From positions 1,856,001 to 1,920,000 of the forward strand of contig CAVXRD010000002.1 in NCBI GenBank assembly GCA_963764165.1: 64,000 nt of DNA, read 5' to 3'. The first letter of the stretch is position 1; every line of letters starts with the position of its first letter. The position numbers were made by a program, and so were the translations under genes. The DNA is from an uncultured Verrucomicrobiae bacterium. GTDB taxonomy: Bacteria > Verrucomicrobiota > Verrucomicrobiia > Limisphaerales > Palsa-1400. Below the pieces are notes generated by a model. It was not told the DNA's origin. It made no database searches and saw only the letters and a list, made by a program, of their open reading frames with translations. Below, in pieces: positions 18,770 through 28,879 of the stretch.

Positions 18770-19444
18770 ATGATCAGAAAATTGGAAGAAAACACCGGGC
18801 TTGCTGAACACCAGCCTCGTCACCAATGCCTCATTTATGACGGCCCGCCCTCAAAACTGCTGCCTGTGATGGCCGCCATGATAAAGCGAAAGCTGAATGA
18901 GGGTTACAGATGCCTGTATCTAAACAGCCGTCCCATGGTGGCCGGCATCCGATCCTCCCTTGCGAGCATTGGCGTCGATGTCATAAGCGAGGCCGCCAAA
19001 GGCAGTCTGGACTTGTCTTCCGAGTCCGTCGTCTCCGCGGATGGTGCTTTTGAAGCGGATAAAATGCTGCGCAAGCTTGAAGACGCTTTGGACCAGGCAG
19101 TCAACGACGGCTATAAAGGGCTGTGGGCAACCGGGGATATGACGTGGGAGTTCGGCTCCGCGAAAAATTTTGCCAAGCTCATGGAGTATGAGTACGGGCT
19201 TGAGGCGTTATTTTGCAGACGGCCGGAGCTGTGCGGAATCTGCCAGTATCACCAAGATACGCTCCCGCGCGACGTGGCACGAAAAGCCCTGCTGACGCAT
19301 CAAATGATCTTCTTCAACGAAACGCTTTCACGCCTGAACCCGCACTATGTTCCATCCGCGATGGCACACGAAGGATTGGCAGCCAATCCGCAATTGGATG
19401 GGATCATCACCGCGCTTCGCCAGTTTCAGAACGCGGAATCTTGA
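18770..19444 (+). CDS. Stand-alone MEDS sensory-domain protein
   Basis: HQCLIY, GYKGLWATGDMTW, EYE, ICQY, LLTH. Confidence 0.85.
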   Translation: MIRKLEENTGLAEHQPRHQCLIYDGPPSKLLPVMAAMIKRKLNEGYRCLYLNSRPMVAGIRSSLASIGVDVISEAAKGSLDLSSESVVSADGAFEADKMLRKLEDALDQAVNDGYKGLWATGDMTWEFGSAKNFAKLMEYEYGLEALFCRRPELCGICQYHQDTLPRDVARKALLTHQMIFFNETLSRLNPHYVPSAMAHEGLAANPQLDGIITALRQFQNAES

Positions 19445-19648
19445 CCGCGCCTCCCCGCGCAAGTCTTATGGACGCGGAAGAGATTGGGCGGCGAAGAGAA
19501 CATGGCCCCGGCAAGCCTTGGTTCTTAGAAGGGACGGACATCTGCAAATGCCTCGCTTTCACGGCGCTGCTTAAAAAACCGATTTGCCCCCCTCTGTCAA
19601 CAATCGTTCGATTTGACGAACTATTCCCAAAAAGTTAAAACTTGCGCC

Positions 19649-20113
19649 ATGGAAGACCAGGTTTTGCTATTGCAGCAGCTTTATCCACGCATCTACGTCG
19701 CGTGTCATGTCGATCACATAAAGGCCGCCTCATCCTCTGTTCATCTGTCGGCGCGGGATTCGTCTATCCTCGCCCATTTCCAGGATTCCGGCGGGATTTT
19801 TCGGCCATCGAAGCTGGCGCGGCACCTGGGAATCGCCCGATCGACGATGTCGCAGGCGTTGAAAAAACTGATCTCGCTGGGTTATGTCGCCGCTAAAAAA
19901 AATCCATCCGACCGCCGGGAATCTGACTTGCGCCTGACCGGGCGGGGACGCAAAGCGATGCAGGCCGCCTCGGTGCTCGATTATGACAAGGCAAAAGAAT
20001 TGCTGGGGCGGCTCTCGCCCGCCCAACGAAAAGCGGGACTTGGCGGCCTGGCAATCCTCGCCAAGGCGGCTGGCGAAGTGATGCTCAAGCCACGTTCGAC
20101 CAAGACCTCATAA
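19649..20113 (+). CDS. MarR-family regulator
   Basis: LARHLGIARSTMSQALKKL..LGYV...DRR...LRLT.RG. Confidence 0.9.
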   Translation: MEDQVLLLQQLYPRIYVACHVDHIKAASSSVHLSARDSSILAHFQDSGGIFRPSKLARHLGIARSTMSQALKKLISLGYVAAKKNPSDRRESDLRLTGRGRKAMQAASVLDYDKAKELLGRLSPAQRKAGLGGLAILAKAAGEVMLKPRSTKTS

Positions 20114-20126
20114 TCAAAGGAATAAA

Positions 20127-20630
20127 ATGAAATTGGCATTAATAGCTGGCGCAATATTGTCGGGACTCATGGCTTTGATGGCAATCGGCGGCGCGCTCCT
20201 CCCGAAAAAGCACGTCGTGAGCCGCTCCGCCGAATTCAAGCTGCCCCCGGGCTCCATATGGGCTGCCATTACCAACGTTGAATCATATCCAGAATGGCGG
20301 ACGGGGGTGACGAAAGTTGAAATTGTTCAGCACGAACCCAAAAAACGCTGGCGCGAAAAGAGTTCTCAAGGCGAGATACTTTTCGAACTGGCCGAAGCCG
20401 CCCCTCCGAACCATCTGGTCACCCGGATTGCCGATCCAAAGCTGCCTTTTGGCGGCACTTGGACGTATGAGATCGCGCCCTCGGGCACCGGAAGCCGTTT
20501 GACCATCACGGAAAACGGCGAAGTGTACAACGTATTCTTCCGGTTTCTTTCCCGCTTCGTCTTTGGATATGCTTCATCCATTGATGCGTGGATGAAGTCT
20601 TTGGCGAAGAAATCCGGCGATTCCAGATAA
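20127..20630 (+). CDS. SRPBCC (polyketide cyclase-like) protein with N-terminal TM
   Basis: IWAAITN..YPEWR...PFGGTWTYEI...LTITENG. Confidence 0.85.
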   Translation: MKLALIAGAILSGLMALMAIGGALLPKKHVVSRSAEFKLPPGSIWAAITNVESYPEWRTGVTKVEIVQHEPKKRWREKSSQGEILFELAEAAPPNHLVTRIADPKLPFGGTWTYEIAPSGTGSRLTITENGEVYNVFFRFLSRFVFGYASSIDAWMKSLAKKSGDSR

Positions 20631-20634
20631 AAGC

Positions 20635-21267
20635 ATGAACGACCCCGAGCGCGAGCATTTGAAGCGAAACTTGCATGAAATGATCGCCGGGTGTGGCGAC
20701 GGCATTGAACTGGACGCCGATTTCCGCTGGGTTGTTTCCGGCGCCCGGCAGCCGGGAATTTTCTTTCAAAGCTTGCCGCTGCTCCTTCCGCCAGATGCCA
20801 TCTTGCATTTTGAAGGATGCGAGGTGTCCCGAGATATTTGCGCGTTTTATGAAGCAAATGAAGCCTCTGATCCTGCCGCTGTCATGCGGGACACTGTTTT
20901 TCCCGCATCCGAATGTTATCACGTTAGGTTCTCTCCCGAAGTTTTGGCCAGGATCTGTGAATTGGCAGCCACCCGAAAAACAAATGAGCTATTCGACCAT
21001 GTGAAAGCCTATTGGAAGAAGAATCTGCTGCTTCATTTTCACGATGCATTCAAGGAGAGTGGGCTTCTGATTTCTGACCGTGTTCCCGAGGAGGCGGTTT
21101 CTGAGTTCGCGAGCCGGCTTGGCGCGACCTACCGCCGCGAGCCATACGTTAACAAACGCATTGAGGGTCTCCGCGCGGTGCTCAAGGCTGTGGAGAATCC
21201 GGCAGGGATTCGAATCCAAGGCGAGACCTGGTGGAGGCGAGTGTGGCGGCGATGGACATGGATGTGA
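20635..21267 (+). CDS. Hypothetical protein
   Basis: 210 aa ORF, operonic spacing after the SRPBCC gene. Confidence 0.7.
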   Translation: MNDPEREHLKRNLHEMIAGCGDGIELDADFRWVVSGARQPGIFFQSLPLLLPPDAILHFEGCEVSRDICAFYEANEASDPAAVMRDTVFPASECYHVRFSPEVLARICELAATRKTNELFDHVKAYWKKNLLLHFHDAFKESGLLISDRVPEEAVSEFASRLGATYRREPYVNKRIEGLRAVLKAVENPAGIRIQGETWWRRVWRRWTWM

Positions 21268-21390
21268 CTCGCTATGAACGGCCGGCGCGGCGAGAACCTT
21301 CTGAGGATATTGAATCGTTGAGTCGAATTGCATGGCTTATGGCCATGCCAAAGAACCTGAAGCAGACGTCATCGGTTCATGCCGACGCTA

Positions 21391-22647
21391 TCATTGCTCC
21401 CGCGCCGCGGGCAGCGATACGAAAAAAGTGCTGCCTCCGGATCCGTCCGATTCGACCCGGATTCCGCCGTCCTGCAGCTCCAGCATTTTCTGCGCGATAG
21501 TCAGGCCCAGCCCCTCGCCTTCGGTCGTGGCGGGGTTCAACCGGTGAAAAATCTCGAACACTTTTGCCCGATGCTCCGGCGCGATCCCGATGCCATTGTC
21601 TTTGACCGCGTAAACAGCTCGCCCGCTCTCAGTCCCGCCGGAAATGCGGATGAGACACGGGCGGCTCGGGCTGCGATATTTGATGGCGTTGTCAATTAAA
21701 TTTGAAAACACCTGGTTCACCTGCACCGAATCGCCGAGGCAGCGCGGGAGGTCCTGGATTTGAATCACCGCGCCAGTCTGCTTGAGTTGAAATTCGAAAG
21801 TCTGCGCAATCTGCGACAGCATCGCATTCATATTCAATTCGCCGATCTTGATGGCAGCCCGGCCCAAGCGCGAGAAACGAATGAAACGCGCCAGCAAACT
21901 GTCAATTTTCGCCACGCCCGCTTTTATGAACTCCATCGATTCCCGGATGTCCTTGCTGAGAATGTCCTCCAATTCGCGGCTATTGACTCCCGACGCCATT
22001 TCTGCCTTCACCAACTCTCGGATGCGGTCGCAGGCGTGGCCCAGTTCATCGGTGAATCCCTGGATGTTCATCAGCGGGGAGCGCAAATCATGCGCGGCGA
22101 CGTAAACCACCGTTTCCAGTTCCTTGTTCTTCTCCGCCAGGCTTTGCGCCAGTTCCGCCAGGCGCGCCTCGTCCATTTTGCGGCGGCTGATGTCCGTGCG
22201 GATGGCGATGTATTGCACCGGTTGCCCACTGTCGTTCAAAAAGGGAAATATGGTCGTGTCGACCCAGTAAAAACTGCCGTCCTTGGCCCTGTTGCGAATT
22301 TCACCTTTCCACACTTTTCCCGAGGCGATGGTGGCCCAGAGGTCGCGAAAGAATTCCTTGGAATGGTAGCGGGAATTGATGAGGCGGTGATCCTGCCCGA
22401 GCAATTCCTCGCGCGAGTACTTGGAGATCTCGCAAAATTTATCGTTGACGCCAGTGATCCGGCCCTGTGGGTCGGTAATCGCCACGATGGAATGGGCGTC
22501 GAGGGCGGATTTGAGATCGCGCCATTCGCGATCGGGTTCAATTTGGCCGTCAGGCGCCGAAGGCTCGGATTGCAGCGACCCCATCTTTTTCTTCACTTCA
22601 GCCCTGTTTGTTTGGGAATAGTCGTCCATTCGCCGGTAATTTACCAA
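21391..22647 (-). CDS. PAS-domain sensor histidine kinase (no response regulator adjacent)
   Basis: PAS (ITDPQG...[16 protein letters not shown]), [26 protein letters not shown]; start uncertain. Confidence 0.93.
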   Translation of the reverse strand: MVNYRRMDDYSQTNRAEVKKKMGSLQSEPSAPDGQIEPDREWRDLKSALDAHSIVAITDPQGRITGVNDKFCEISKYSREELLGQDHRLINSRYHSKEFFRDLWATIASGKVWKGEIRNRAKDGSFYWVDTTIFPFLNDSGQPVQYIAIRTDISRRKMDEARLAELAQSLAEKNKELETVVYVAAHDLRSPLMNIQGFTDELGHACDRIRELVKAEMASGVNSRELEDILSKDIRESMEFIKAGVAKIDSLLARFIRFSRLGRAAIKIGELNMNAMLSQIAQTFEFQLKQTGAVIQIQDLPRCLGDSVQVNQVFSNLIDNAIKYRSPSRPCLIRISGGTESGRAVYAVKDNGIGIAPEHRAKVFEIFHRLNPATTEGEGLGLTIAQKMLELQDGGIRVESDGSGGSTFFVSLPAAREQ

Positions 22648-22775
22648 TCAATCAAACTCTGACACGCTAAAAGTTGATTCTGCGCCTGTTTTTGCCAATC
22701 GGCCGGTTCATGCGGGACCACGCGCCAAAACTTGCTCACGCCACGATTCACCTCCATGATTAGCAACGATTTGCG

Positions 22776-24530
22776 ATGCAAAAAACCTGGATCACAGCGA
22801 TTGCCGTCTGGCTGGCATGTGCAGCCATGACGCCGGCGCGCGCTGGCAATCTGGCGCTGCCACCGCGCCCGCCTGACGCCCCCAAAGGCTCCGCTTTTGC
22901 GGACACCATCGCAAATCTCGACTTGACGAATCGGGAGGCGGCCATCGTGGCGGAGGTGCTGCACGGCAATGTTCCTGATTTTTGGCGGCGGTTTGTCAAT
23001 GTCACAGTCAAACGCAACGGCATGACAGCGGTTTACGAAGCCGCGCCAGATTACCTGTGCATCGGTTCGGACGACGACTATTTGCTGATGCCCATCTCCC
23101 CGCAAACCGCGCAGCTTCTGGCGGACAAGCTGGATTGCGTTATGCCAACGCCCCGGATGGTATCCGACATTTATGCCGCAGCCGAAGTGAAGCTCGCTCC
23201 CATTCCCATCCCGCCCAGCTCAAAGATGACCACCGTGCCAGTTTTTATTGAACACAACAAAATGGTGCGCCAGCAGCGCGCGGAAACGCTGGCCGCCCAC
23301 CCGCCCGGCGCCTTGGTGGCGGGCGATATGAAGGATTTGGTATTGACAGCGCGGCTCGCCGGGACATCCAACAAAGTCGCCATTTTTGGCTGGCATCGCC
23401 CCGGCGGAACTCCCATTCAACCGCTCTACACCGGACACGCCTCGACGTGGGTGGATTACAGCCAGGGCACGCGTTTCGTCCGCCAGTCGATGACGGTCGA
23501 TGGGGAAGCCACCACGATTTCAGAAGTGCTGGCGGACACGAATCGCTGCGTCCTGTTGAGTGACGAAGGCCCATTGCTGGAGCCGCGATTTGGAAACGTG
23601 CGCCCGTTGGAAACGCCGAGTGCGCCAACTGCCGACACGAAATTTCACGAGAGGAACGAGATTCTCCATTTTGATCCGGGCGTCCGTGTTTGGCTGAATT
23701 CTCCAGATTTTGTGGATGCGGCGAAACCTGTCAGATTAATCATTTACGCCCTCCCCAACGGAAATACCATTGAACAGACGATTGGCCGCAAGCCAAGACC
23801 CGGCGATGATTGGCATTTTGATATTCAAAACATTGGCGCGCAGCTTCGGTGGCTGCGCCAGCATGGCCCGGAGGAAACGTGGGTCATCGCGTATTTCCAA
23901 TGCGAAGGAAACGCGTGGCCCGCCTGGCTGACCGCCCACGATGCGAATGGCCATCGCGCCAAGGAAATGGTGGGCAGCGTGCGCGGCCGCTTCACCAACG
24001 CGCAGGTGGAACTCGTATTGACAGGGCACAGCGGGGGCGGCGCTTTGACATTCGCTTATATTGATGCAGTGGATCGCATTCCCGATGACGTTGAGCGAAT
24101 TGCTTTTCTTGACAGCGACTATCGCTACGACTCCGCGAAAGGGCACGACGCCAAGCTGATTGCGTGGCTTGAATCCATGCCGCGGCATTCCCTCTGCGTT
24201 CTCGCCTACCACGACAGCATCGCGCTCCTGAACAGAAAAACATTCGTCAGCGAAAACGGCGGAACGTGGGGCCGCAGCCACGCGCTGCAAAGCGACCTTG
24301 CAAAGAAATTTAGTTTTACACGCGACGAACAGCCGCCGTGGGAGCGTTTCACCGCGCTGGAGGGGCGCGTAAAATTCCTGTTCCACGAAAACCCCGATCA
24401 CGCCGTTCTCCACACGAAGCAAGTTGAATTGAACGGCTTCATCCACGCCATGCTGACCGGGACGCCAGCGGAGAATCGTGATTACACTTATTTCGGTCCG
24501 CGCGCTTACGGCGGCTTCATTTCGGATTAA
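22776..24530 (+). CDS. Secreted two-domain protein: uncharacterised N-terminal domain plus alpha/beta-hydrolase-like C-terminal domain
   Basis: Signal peptide; GHSGGG nucleophile elbow, IAFLDS. Confidence 0.7.
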   Translation: MQKTWITAIAVWLACAAMTPARAGNLALPPRPPDAPKGSAFADTIANLDLTNREAAIVAEVLHGNVPDFWRRFVNVTVKRNGMTAVYEAAPDYLCIGSDDDYLLMPISPQTAQLLADKLDCVMPTPRMVSDIYAAAEVKLAPIPIPPSSKMTTVPVFIEHNKMVRQQRAETLAAHPPGALVAGDMKDLVLTARLAGTSNKVAIFGWHRPGGTPIQPLYTGHASTWVDYSQGTRFVRQSMTVDGEATTISEVLADTNRCVLLSDEGPLLEPRFGNVRPLETPSAPTADTKFHERNEILHFDPGVRVWLNSPDFVDAAKPVRLIIYALPNGNTIEQTIGRKPRPGDDWHFDIQNIGAQLRWLRQHGPEETWVIAYFQCEGNAWPAWLTAHDANGHRAKEMVGSVRGRFTNAQVELVLTGHSGGGALTFAYIDAVDRIPDDVERIAFLDSDYRYDSAKGHDAKLIAWLESMPRHSLCVLAYHDSIALLNRKTFVSENGGTWGRSHALQSDLAKKFSFTRDEQPPWERFTALEGRVKFLFHENPDHAVLHTKQVELNGFIHAMLTGTPAENRDYTYFGPRAYGGFISD

Positions 24531-24532
24531 TG

Positions 24533-24749
24533 AATCAGGAACGCCCGAACTCAGGAAAAGAGGCCCGCGTTGCTTTTCAGACGATGGAGGCGAGGCAGAT
24601 TTCGGGATAAGACAAACGAGATTTTCAACAGAAGCTCACGAAGAAAGGCCAAGGGAACTTTGTCTCTCTCCACGGAGCGGGATCCCCGGATTCACGCCGC
24701 GCATGAATCCGGCTTCAGCCTCCGTTCCTGAGTTCGGGCGTTCCTGATT
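24533..24749. repeat. Inverted-repeat element with 25-bp arms
   Basis: AATCAGGAACGCCCGAACTCAGGAA and its perfect reverse complement; related copy at 34290-34448. Confidence 0.8.
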
Positions 24750-24811
24750 TAAAAATTTTCTCGCGGTTCAAAATAGTTGATTCGCGGGCGGAAGTAGCTC
24801 TTACTTCACGG

Positions 24812-25852
24812 GTGAAACTTGAGTATTGGAATTGCGATTTGTCGTTGGCCCATAGCTGGGCCATCTCGGGGCGCGCTGGAGCCCGCCTCCACCACAATGT
24901 TCTTGTCAAACTGACCGGCGGCGATGGCCTGGTCGGCATTGGCGAGTCCGCGCCTGCCAGCACATATCACGAGTCCGCCGAGACTTCATCCGCCTTCCTG
25001 GCCAAAGTCGACGCCGGCAAACTTTCGTTCGACAGTATTCCGGCCAGCATGGCGGCCCTTGAGGCGGTTGGGCCGGGCGAGATGGCCGCCAAATGCGCCA
25101 TCAATATCGCGCTGGTCGACGGCGCGGCGCGGCGCGCGGGCAAGGCCGTTTACGATTATCTTGGAATTGGCTTCGAGGAGAACAAGCACATTACTTCGAT
25201 GAGCATCGGCATCGATACGCCGGAGAGCATCCGTCAAAAAACGAAGGAAGCTGAACAATATCCCGTGCTGAAACTTAAAATCGGCGATCCTCGCGATAAA
25301 GAGAATTTGGCCGCCGTGCGCGACGTCGCGCCCACGAAACTTGTCCGCGTCGATGCCAACGAAGGTTGGAAAACAAAAGAGCACGCATTGGAAATGCTGG
25401 AATGGCTGGCCAAAGACGGTCGCATTGAATTTGTCGAACAGCCAATGCCTCACGGCACGAGCGCCAAGGATCTTATTTGGTTGAAGGCTCGCACGCCCAT
25501 CCCCATTTTTGCCGATGAATCCTATCACGGCGCCAGCAATGTTGAGCATTGCGCGGAGTGTTATCACGGAGTGAACGTCAAACTCGTGAAGGCTGGCGGC
25601 ATTACCCCCGCCTACGATGCACTGATGGCCGCCCGCAAGGCTGGGTTGAAAACGATGATCGGCTGCATGATTGAGACGAGCATTTTAATCACTGCCGGGG
25701 CGCACCTTGCAAGCCTCGCCGACCATCTCGATCTCGACGGCAATTTGCTGACGACCAACGATCCTTACGAGGGCGCCACTGCGGAGAAGGGCATGATTTC
25801 TTTCGCCAAGACGGCTGAAAAAATCGGCCTTCGCGTCCGCGCCAAAGCTTAA
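24812..25852 (+). CDS. L-Ala-D/L-Glu dipeptide epimerase (enolase superfamily)
   Basis: KLK, VDANEGW, EQP, ADES, NVKL.K.GG, GCMIE, DLDG. Confidence 0.88.
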   Translation: MKLEYWNCDLSLAHSWAISGRAGARLHHNVLVKLTGGDGLVGIGESAPASTYHESAETSSAFLAKVDAGKLSFDSIPASMAALEAVGPGEMAAKCAINIALVDGAARRAGKAVYDYLGIGFEENKHITSMSIGIDTPESIRQKTKEAEQYPVLKLKIGDPRDKENLAAVRDVAPTKLVRVDANEGWKTKEHALEMLEWLAKDGRIEFVEQPMPHGTSAKDLIWLKARTPIPIFADESYHGASNVEHCAECYHGVNVKLVKAGGITPAYDALMAARKAGLKTMIGCMIETSILITAGAHLASLADHLDLDGNLLTTNDPYEGATAEKGMISFAKTAEKIGLRVRAKA

Positions 25853-25858
25853 CCTGGC

Positions 25859-27601
25859 TTGCATAAGAAAGGTTACAACCGACTCCTGCTGACAGTCGCC
25901 GGGTTGGGCGGCCTGCTCTTTGCGGTGGACGTCGGAATCATTTCGGGCGCCCTGCCCTACTTGGAAGCAACATCCGGCTTGGATCCCGCAAAACTTTCTT
26001 ATGTCGTGGCCGCGGTTCTGTTGGGAACGCTGATTTCGACTTCGTTCGCCGGTTTTCTCGCTGATTTGCTCGGGCGCAGGACGTTGATGACCATCAGCGG
26101 GATTTTGTTTTGCACGAGCGTGCCATGGATCGCTCTTTCGCATGGTTTCGGATGGCTAGTCTCGGGACGGGTATTGCAGGGCGCCAGCGGCGGTCTGATT
26201 TCGGTAGCCGGGCCGCTCTACCTCGCGGAGTGTCTGGCGGCCAAAGACCGGGGCAAAGGCGCAGGCATTTTTCAATGGCTGTTAACACTCGGCTACATGG
26301 CAGCTTCGGGGATCGCACTCTATATCAGCGCGCGCGTCGACGCGGTCGCAAAGCTCGGCGATGCGGTGAAACTTCTCGCCTATAAAGATTGGGCATGGCG
26401 GAGCATTTTTTGGATTTCACTGCCGCCGGGATTTCTGTTTCTCTTTGGAACTTTCTTTGTTTCCGAATCACCCCGCTGGCTGTTTCGGCGCGGACGAAAA
26501 GTTGCGGCAATGCGTTCGCTCCTGCGTTCCCGCAGCGAGGAGCAAGCGAAGATTGAATTCGCTGAAATGGAGCGCATAGAGACAGAGGAAACGAAGAAAA
26601 ACGCCACGTCAAACACCCATCACGAATCGCTGCTTCAAAAGAAATATATTGTGCCGTTCGCGCTGGCCTGCGTCATCGCGGCCTGCAACCAAGGCACTGG
26701 TGTTAATTCGGTTCTCGCCTACAACGCAACCATTCTAATCCGCGCCGGCTTGAGCGACGAGGCGGCCCACATCGGTTACTTCATTCTGACCACGATCAAT
26801 TTCCTCGTGACGATCATCGCCATCGCGCTGGTGGATCGCGTGGGGCGCAAACTTCTTTTGTCAATGGGAACGGCGGGCGTGATTGTGTTCATGATCGTGA
26901 CTGCTCTTATGTTTCGGCGCACCGAATTGCGCGAAGTGGATGTCCGCGACAGGGTGCAGGCGATGGTCACCACAAACCAATCGGCGGAAATTCCTTTTGA
27001 CACAGCGATGGCGGCGAAGCTGCTCGAAAGCACGAATGCAGCCGCGCAATCGCTGATGGTTCTTTACTCTTACGGCGATTTCAATTCAGCCACCAAGACG
27101 GTTCGCTCCGACGAGCTTGGCTCCAAAATTGTTATCAGCAGAGCCGCGGGCGTTCCGGGCACAAAAGTGGCGGCGTTCTTCAACAATCCGGCGGGAAATT
27201 TGGATCAGGCTCGCGTCGCTCCTCTGAAAATTCAGCACGCTTTTGTCACTCCGGTGCCCAGCGCGCGAAACGGCTGGCTGACTGCGATTTGCATTTATTG
27301 TTTCATGTCGTTCTTTGCGGTCGGGCCGGGCGTGTGTGTCTGGCTGGCGCTTTCCGAGTTGATGCCCACCCGCATCCGCTCCAATGGCATGAGCATCGCG
27401 CTGCTGCTCAAGAGCATCGTCTCCACCACCATCGCCGCGATTTTTCTTCCGAGCGTCGGGCGATACGGCTACAGTTCGGTGTTCTTTGGCTTTGCTGCTT
27501 TTACCGTTGTCTATTTCATCACGGCGGCTTTTTTCCTTCCGGAAACGAAAGGCAAAACGCTGGAGGAAATCGAAGCCGCATTTGCCGCGGGGAAAAAATG
27601 A
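25859..27601 (+). CDS. Sugar porter family MFS transporter with an inserted loop domain
   Basis: ADLLGRR, ESPRWL, VDRVGRK, SELMPTRIRS, PETKGKTLEEI. Confidence 0.92.
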   Translation: MHKKGYNRLLLTVAGLGGLLFAVDVGIISGALPYLEATSGLDPAKLSYVVAAVLLGTLISTSFAGFLADLLGRRTLMTISGILFCTSVPWIALSHGFGWLVSGRVLQGASGGLISVAGPLYLAECLAAKDRGKGAGIFQWLLTLGYMAASGIALYISARVDAVAKLGDAVKLLAYKDWAWRSIFWISLPPGFLFLFGTFFVSESPRWLFRRGRKVAAMRSLLRSRSEEQAKIEFAEMERIETEETKKNATSNTHHESLLQKKYIVPFALACVIAACNQGTGVNSVLAYNATILIRAGLSDEAAHIGYFILTTINFLVTIIAIALVDRVGRKLLLSMGTAGVIVFMIVTALMFRRTELREVDVRDRVQAMVTTNQSAEIPFDTAMAAKLLESTNAAAQSLMVLYSYGDFNSATKTVRSDELGSKIVISRAAGVPGTKVAAFFNNPAGNLDQARVAPLKIQHAFVTPVPSARNGWLTAICIYCFMSFFAVGPGVCVWLALSELMPTRIRSNGMSIALLLKSIVSTTIAAIFLPSVGRYGYSSVFFGFAAFTVVYFITAAFFLPETKGKTLEEIEAAFAAGKK

Positions 27602-28722
27602 ATTTCATGAGTGTGTTGCGTTCAAAATTGGGCCTCGCCGTTTCCATTGCGGCGGTGGGAACCGTTCTCGCCGGCTGCCATTCCGTCTCCCTCGAAGCGA
27701 AAGGCGACTTCAGCCGATTCGCTGGCTTGACCGATTTTTCAAAATTTACCAAGGCGGAGGACGCCGCAGGCAACGTGGTGATGATGTCGCCGCCGATCAA
27801 GGCGCACATCCCTTGGAACCAATTGGTGGTGTCGTGGAACGCAAAAGCTCCGCCGGGCACGATGGTGAAAATCGAGGCCTCGGCCATCTCCCACGCAAAT
27901 CACACGAAGTATTACACAATGGGAATTTGGTCGCCGGACCGGGACTTCCGCACCAGCGTCCGCCGCCAAAAAGACACCGACGGCACGGTGGACACGGATA
28001 CATTAGTTTTGACAGATAACGCCGAAGAAGCTCAGCTTCGCATTACGCTGATCCCTTCAACCAACGGGCTGCCAACTTTGAAGTTTCTGGGCGCCTCATT
28101 CGCGAATACCAGAGCAGAACAACAGGAACGGCGGCCTAACAAATCGGCCTGGGGAAAAACCATTCCCACGCCCGAACATTCCCAGCACGGCTATCCGAAC
28201 GGAAACGGTTGGTGCAGCCCGACTTCTCTTTCGATGGCGCTCTCCCGCTGGGCCATGGTGCTCAAAAGGCCCGAGATGGATTTGACGGTGCCGGTGGTGG
28301 CGGGCGATGTCTTTGACAACAGCATGTCCGGCACCGGCAACTGGCCTTTCAACACCGCCTTTGCCGGAAGCTTCGACGGCATGCGCTCCTACGTGACGCG
28401 GCTGGATGATTTGCGCGAAGTTGAGGATTGGATCGCGGCGGGAATTCCGGTGATTCTTTCCGCGCGCTGGGATTGGCTCCGGCCCGGACGTCCGAATGAT
28501 TCGGCGGGCCATCTGGTGGTTTGCATCGGATTCACCGACGGCGGCGACCTCATCATCAACGATCCGGCGGCGCATCCGGACCGCGGCATTTATGTGCGAC
28601 AGATTTACAAGCGGGCCGACGTGATGCACGCCTGGAGCAAATCCTCCCACGCCGTGTATCTTGTTTACCCGGAGAACGCAAAAATTCCGGCGAACAAATA
28701 CGATCATTGGATGGATCACTGA
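27598..28722 (+). CDS. C39-like cysteine peptidase lipoprotein
   Basis: Lipobox LAGC; SQ...WCSPTS, GNWPFN, GHLVV..GF, NDPA; ATGA overlap with the MFS gene. Confidence 0.85.
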   Translation: MNFMSVLRSKLGLAVSIAAVGTVLAGCHSVSLEAKGDFSRFAGLTDFSKFTKAEDAAGNVVMMSPPIKAHIPWNQLVVSWNAKAPPGTMVKIEASAISHANHTKYYTMGIWSPDRDFRTSVRRQKDTDGTVDTDTLVLTDNAEEAQLRITLIPSTNGLPTLKFLGASFANTRAEQQERRPNKSAWGKTIPTPEHSQHGYPNGNGWCSPTSLSMALSRWAMVLKRPEMDLTVPVVAGDVFDNSMSGTGNWPFNTAFAGSFDGMRSYVTRLDDLREVEDWIAAGIPVILSARWDWLRPGRPNDSAGHLVVCIGFTDGGDLIINDPAAHPDRGIYVRQIYKRADVMHAWSKSSHAVYLVYPENAKIPANKYDHWMDH

Positions 28723-28733
28723 GCCGCTTTGAA

Positions 28734-28839
28734 CGGAGCGCGGCTGTGTCGAAGACCAGCCGCAGCAATATTCGAATAACCCGACTCGCCTCTCGGTTCT
28801 AACATGGCTGCGGCTGGTCTTCGACACAGCCGCGCTCCG
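28734..28839. repeat. Paired REP (33-bp inverted arms, 40-bp spacer) between convergent genes
   Basis: CGGAGCGCGGCTGTGTCGAAGACCAGCCGCAGC and its reverse complement; same arms at 57932-58037. Confidence 0.9.
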
Positions 28840-28879
28840 CCAAAATCTCGACTGTAGGCCTGTGCTTTTCCGGGAAATT

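Noticed and set aside
27289..27597. N-terminal extension of the C39 ORF
   Set aside because: Overlaps the MFS gene; the lipoprotein signal begins at 27598
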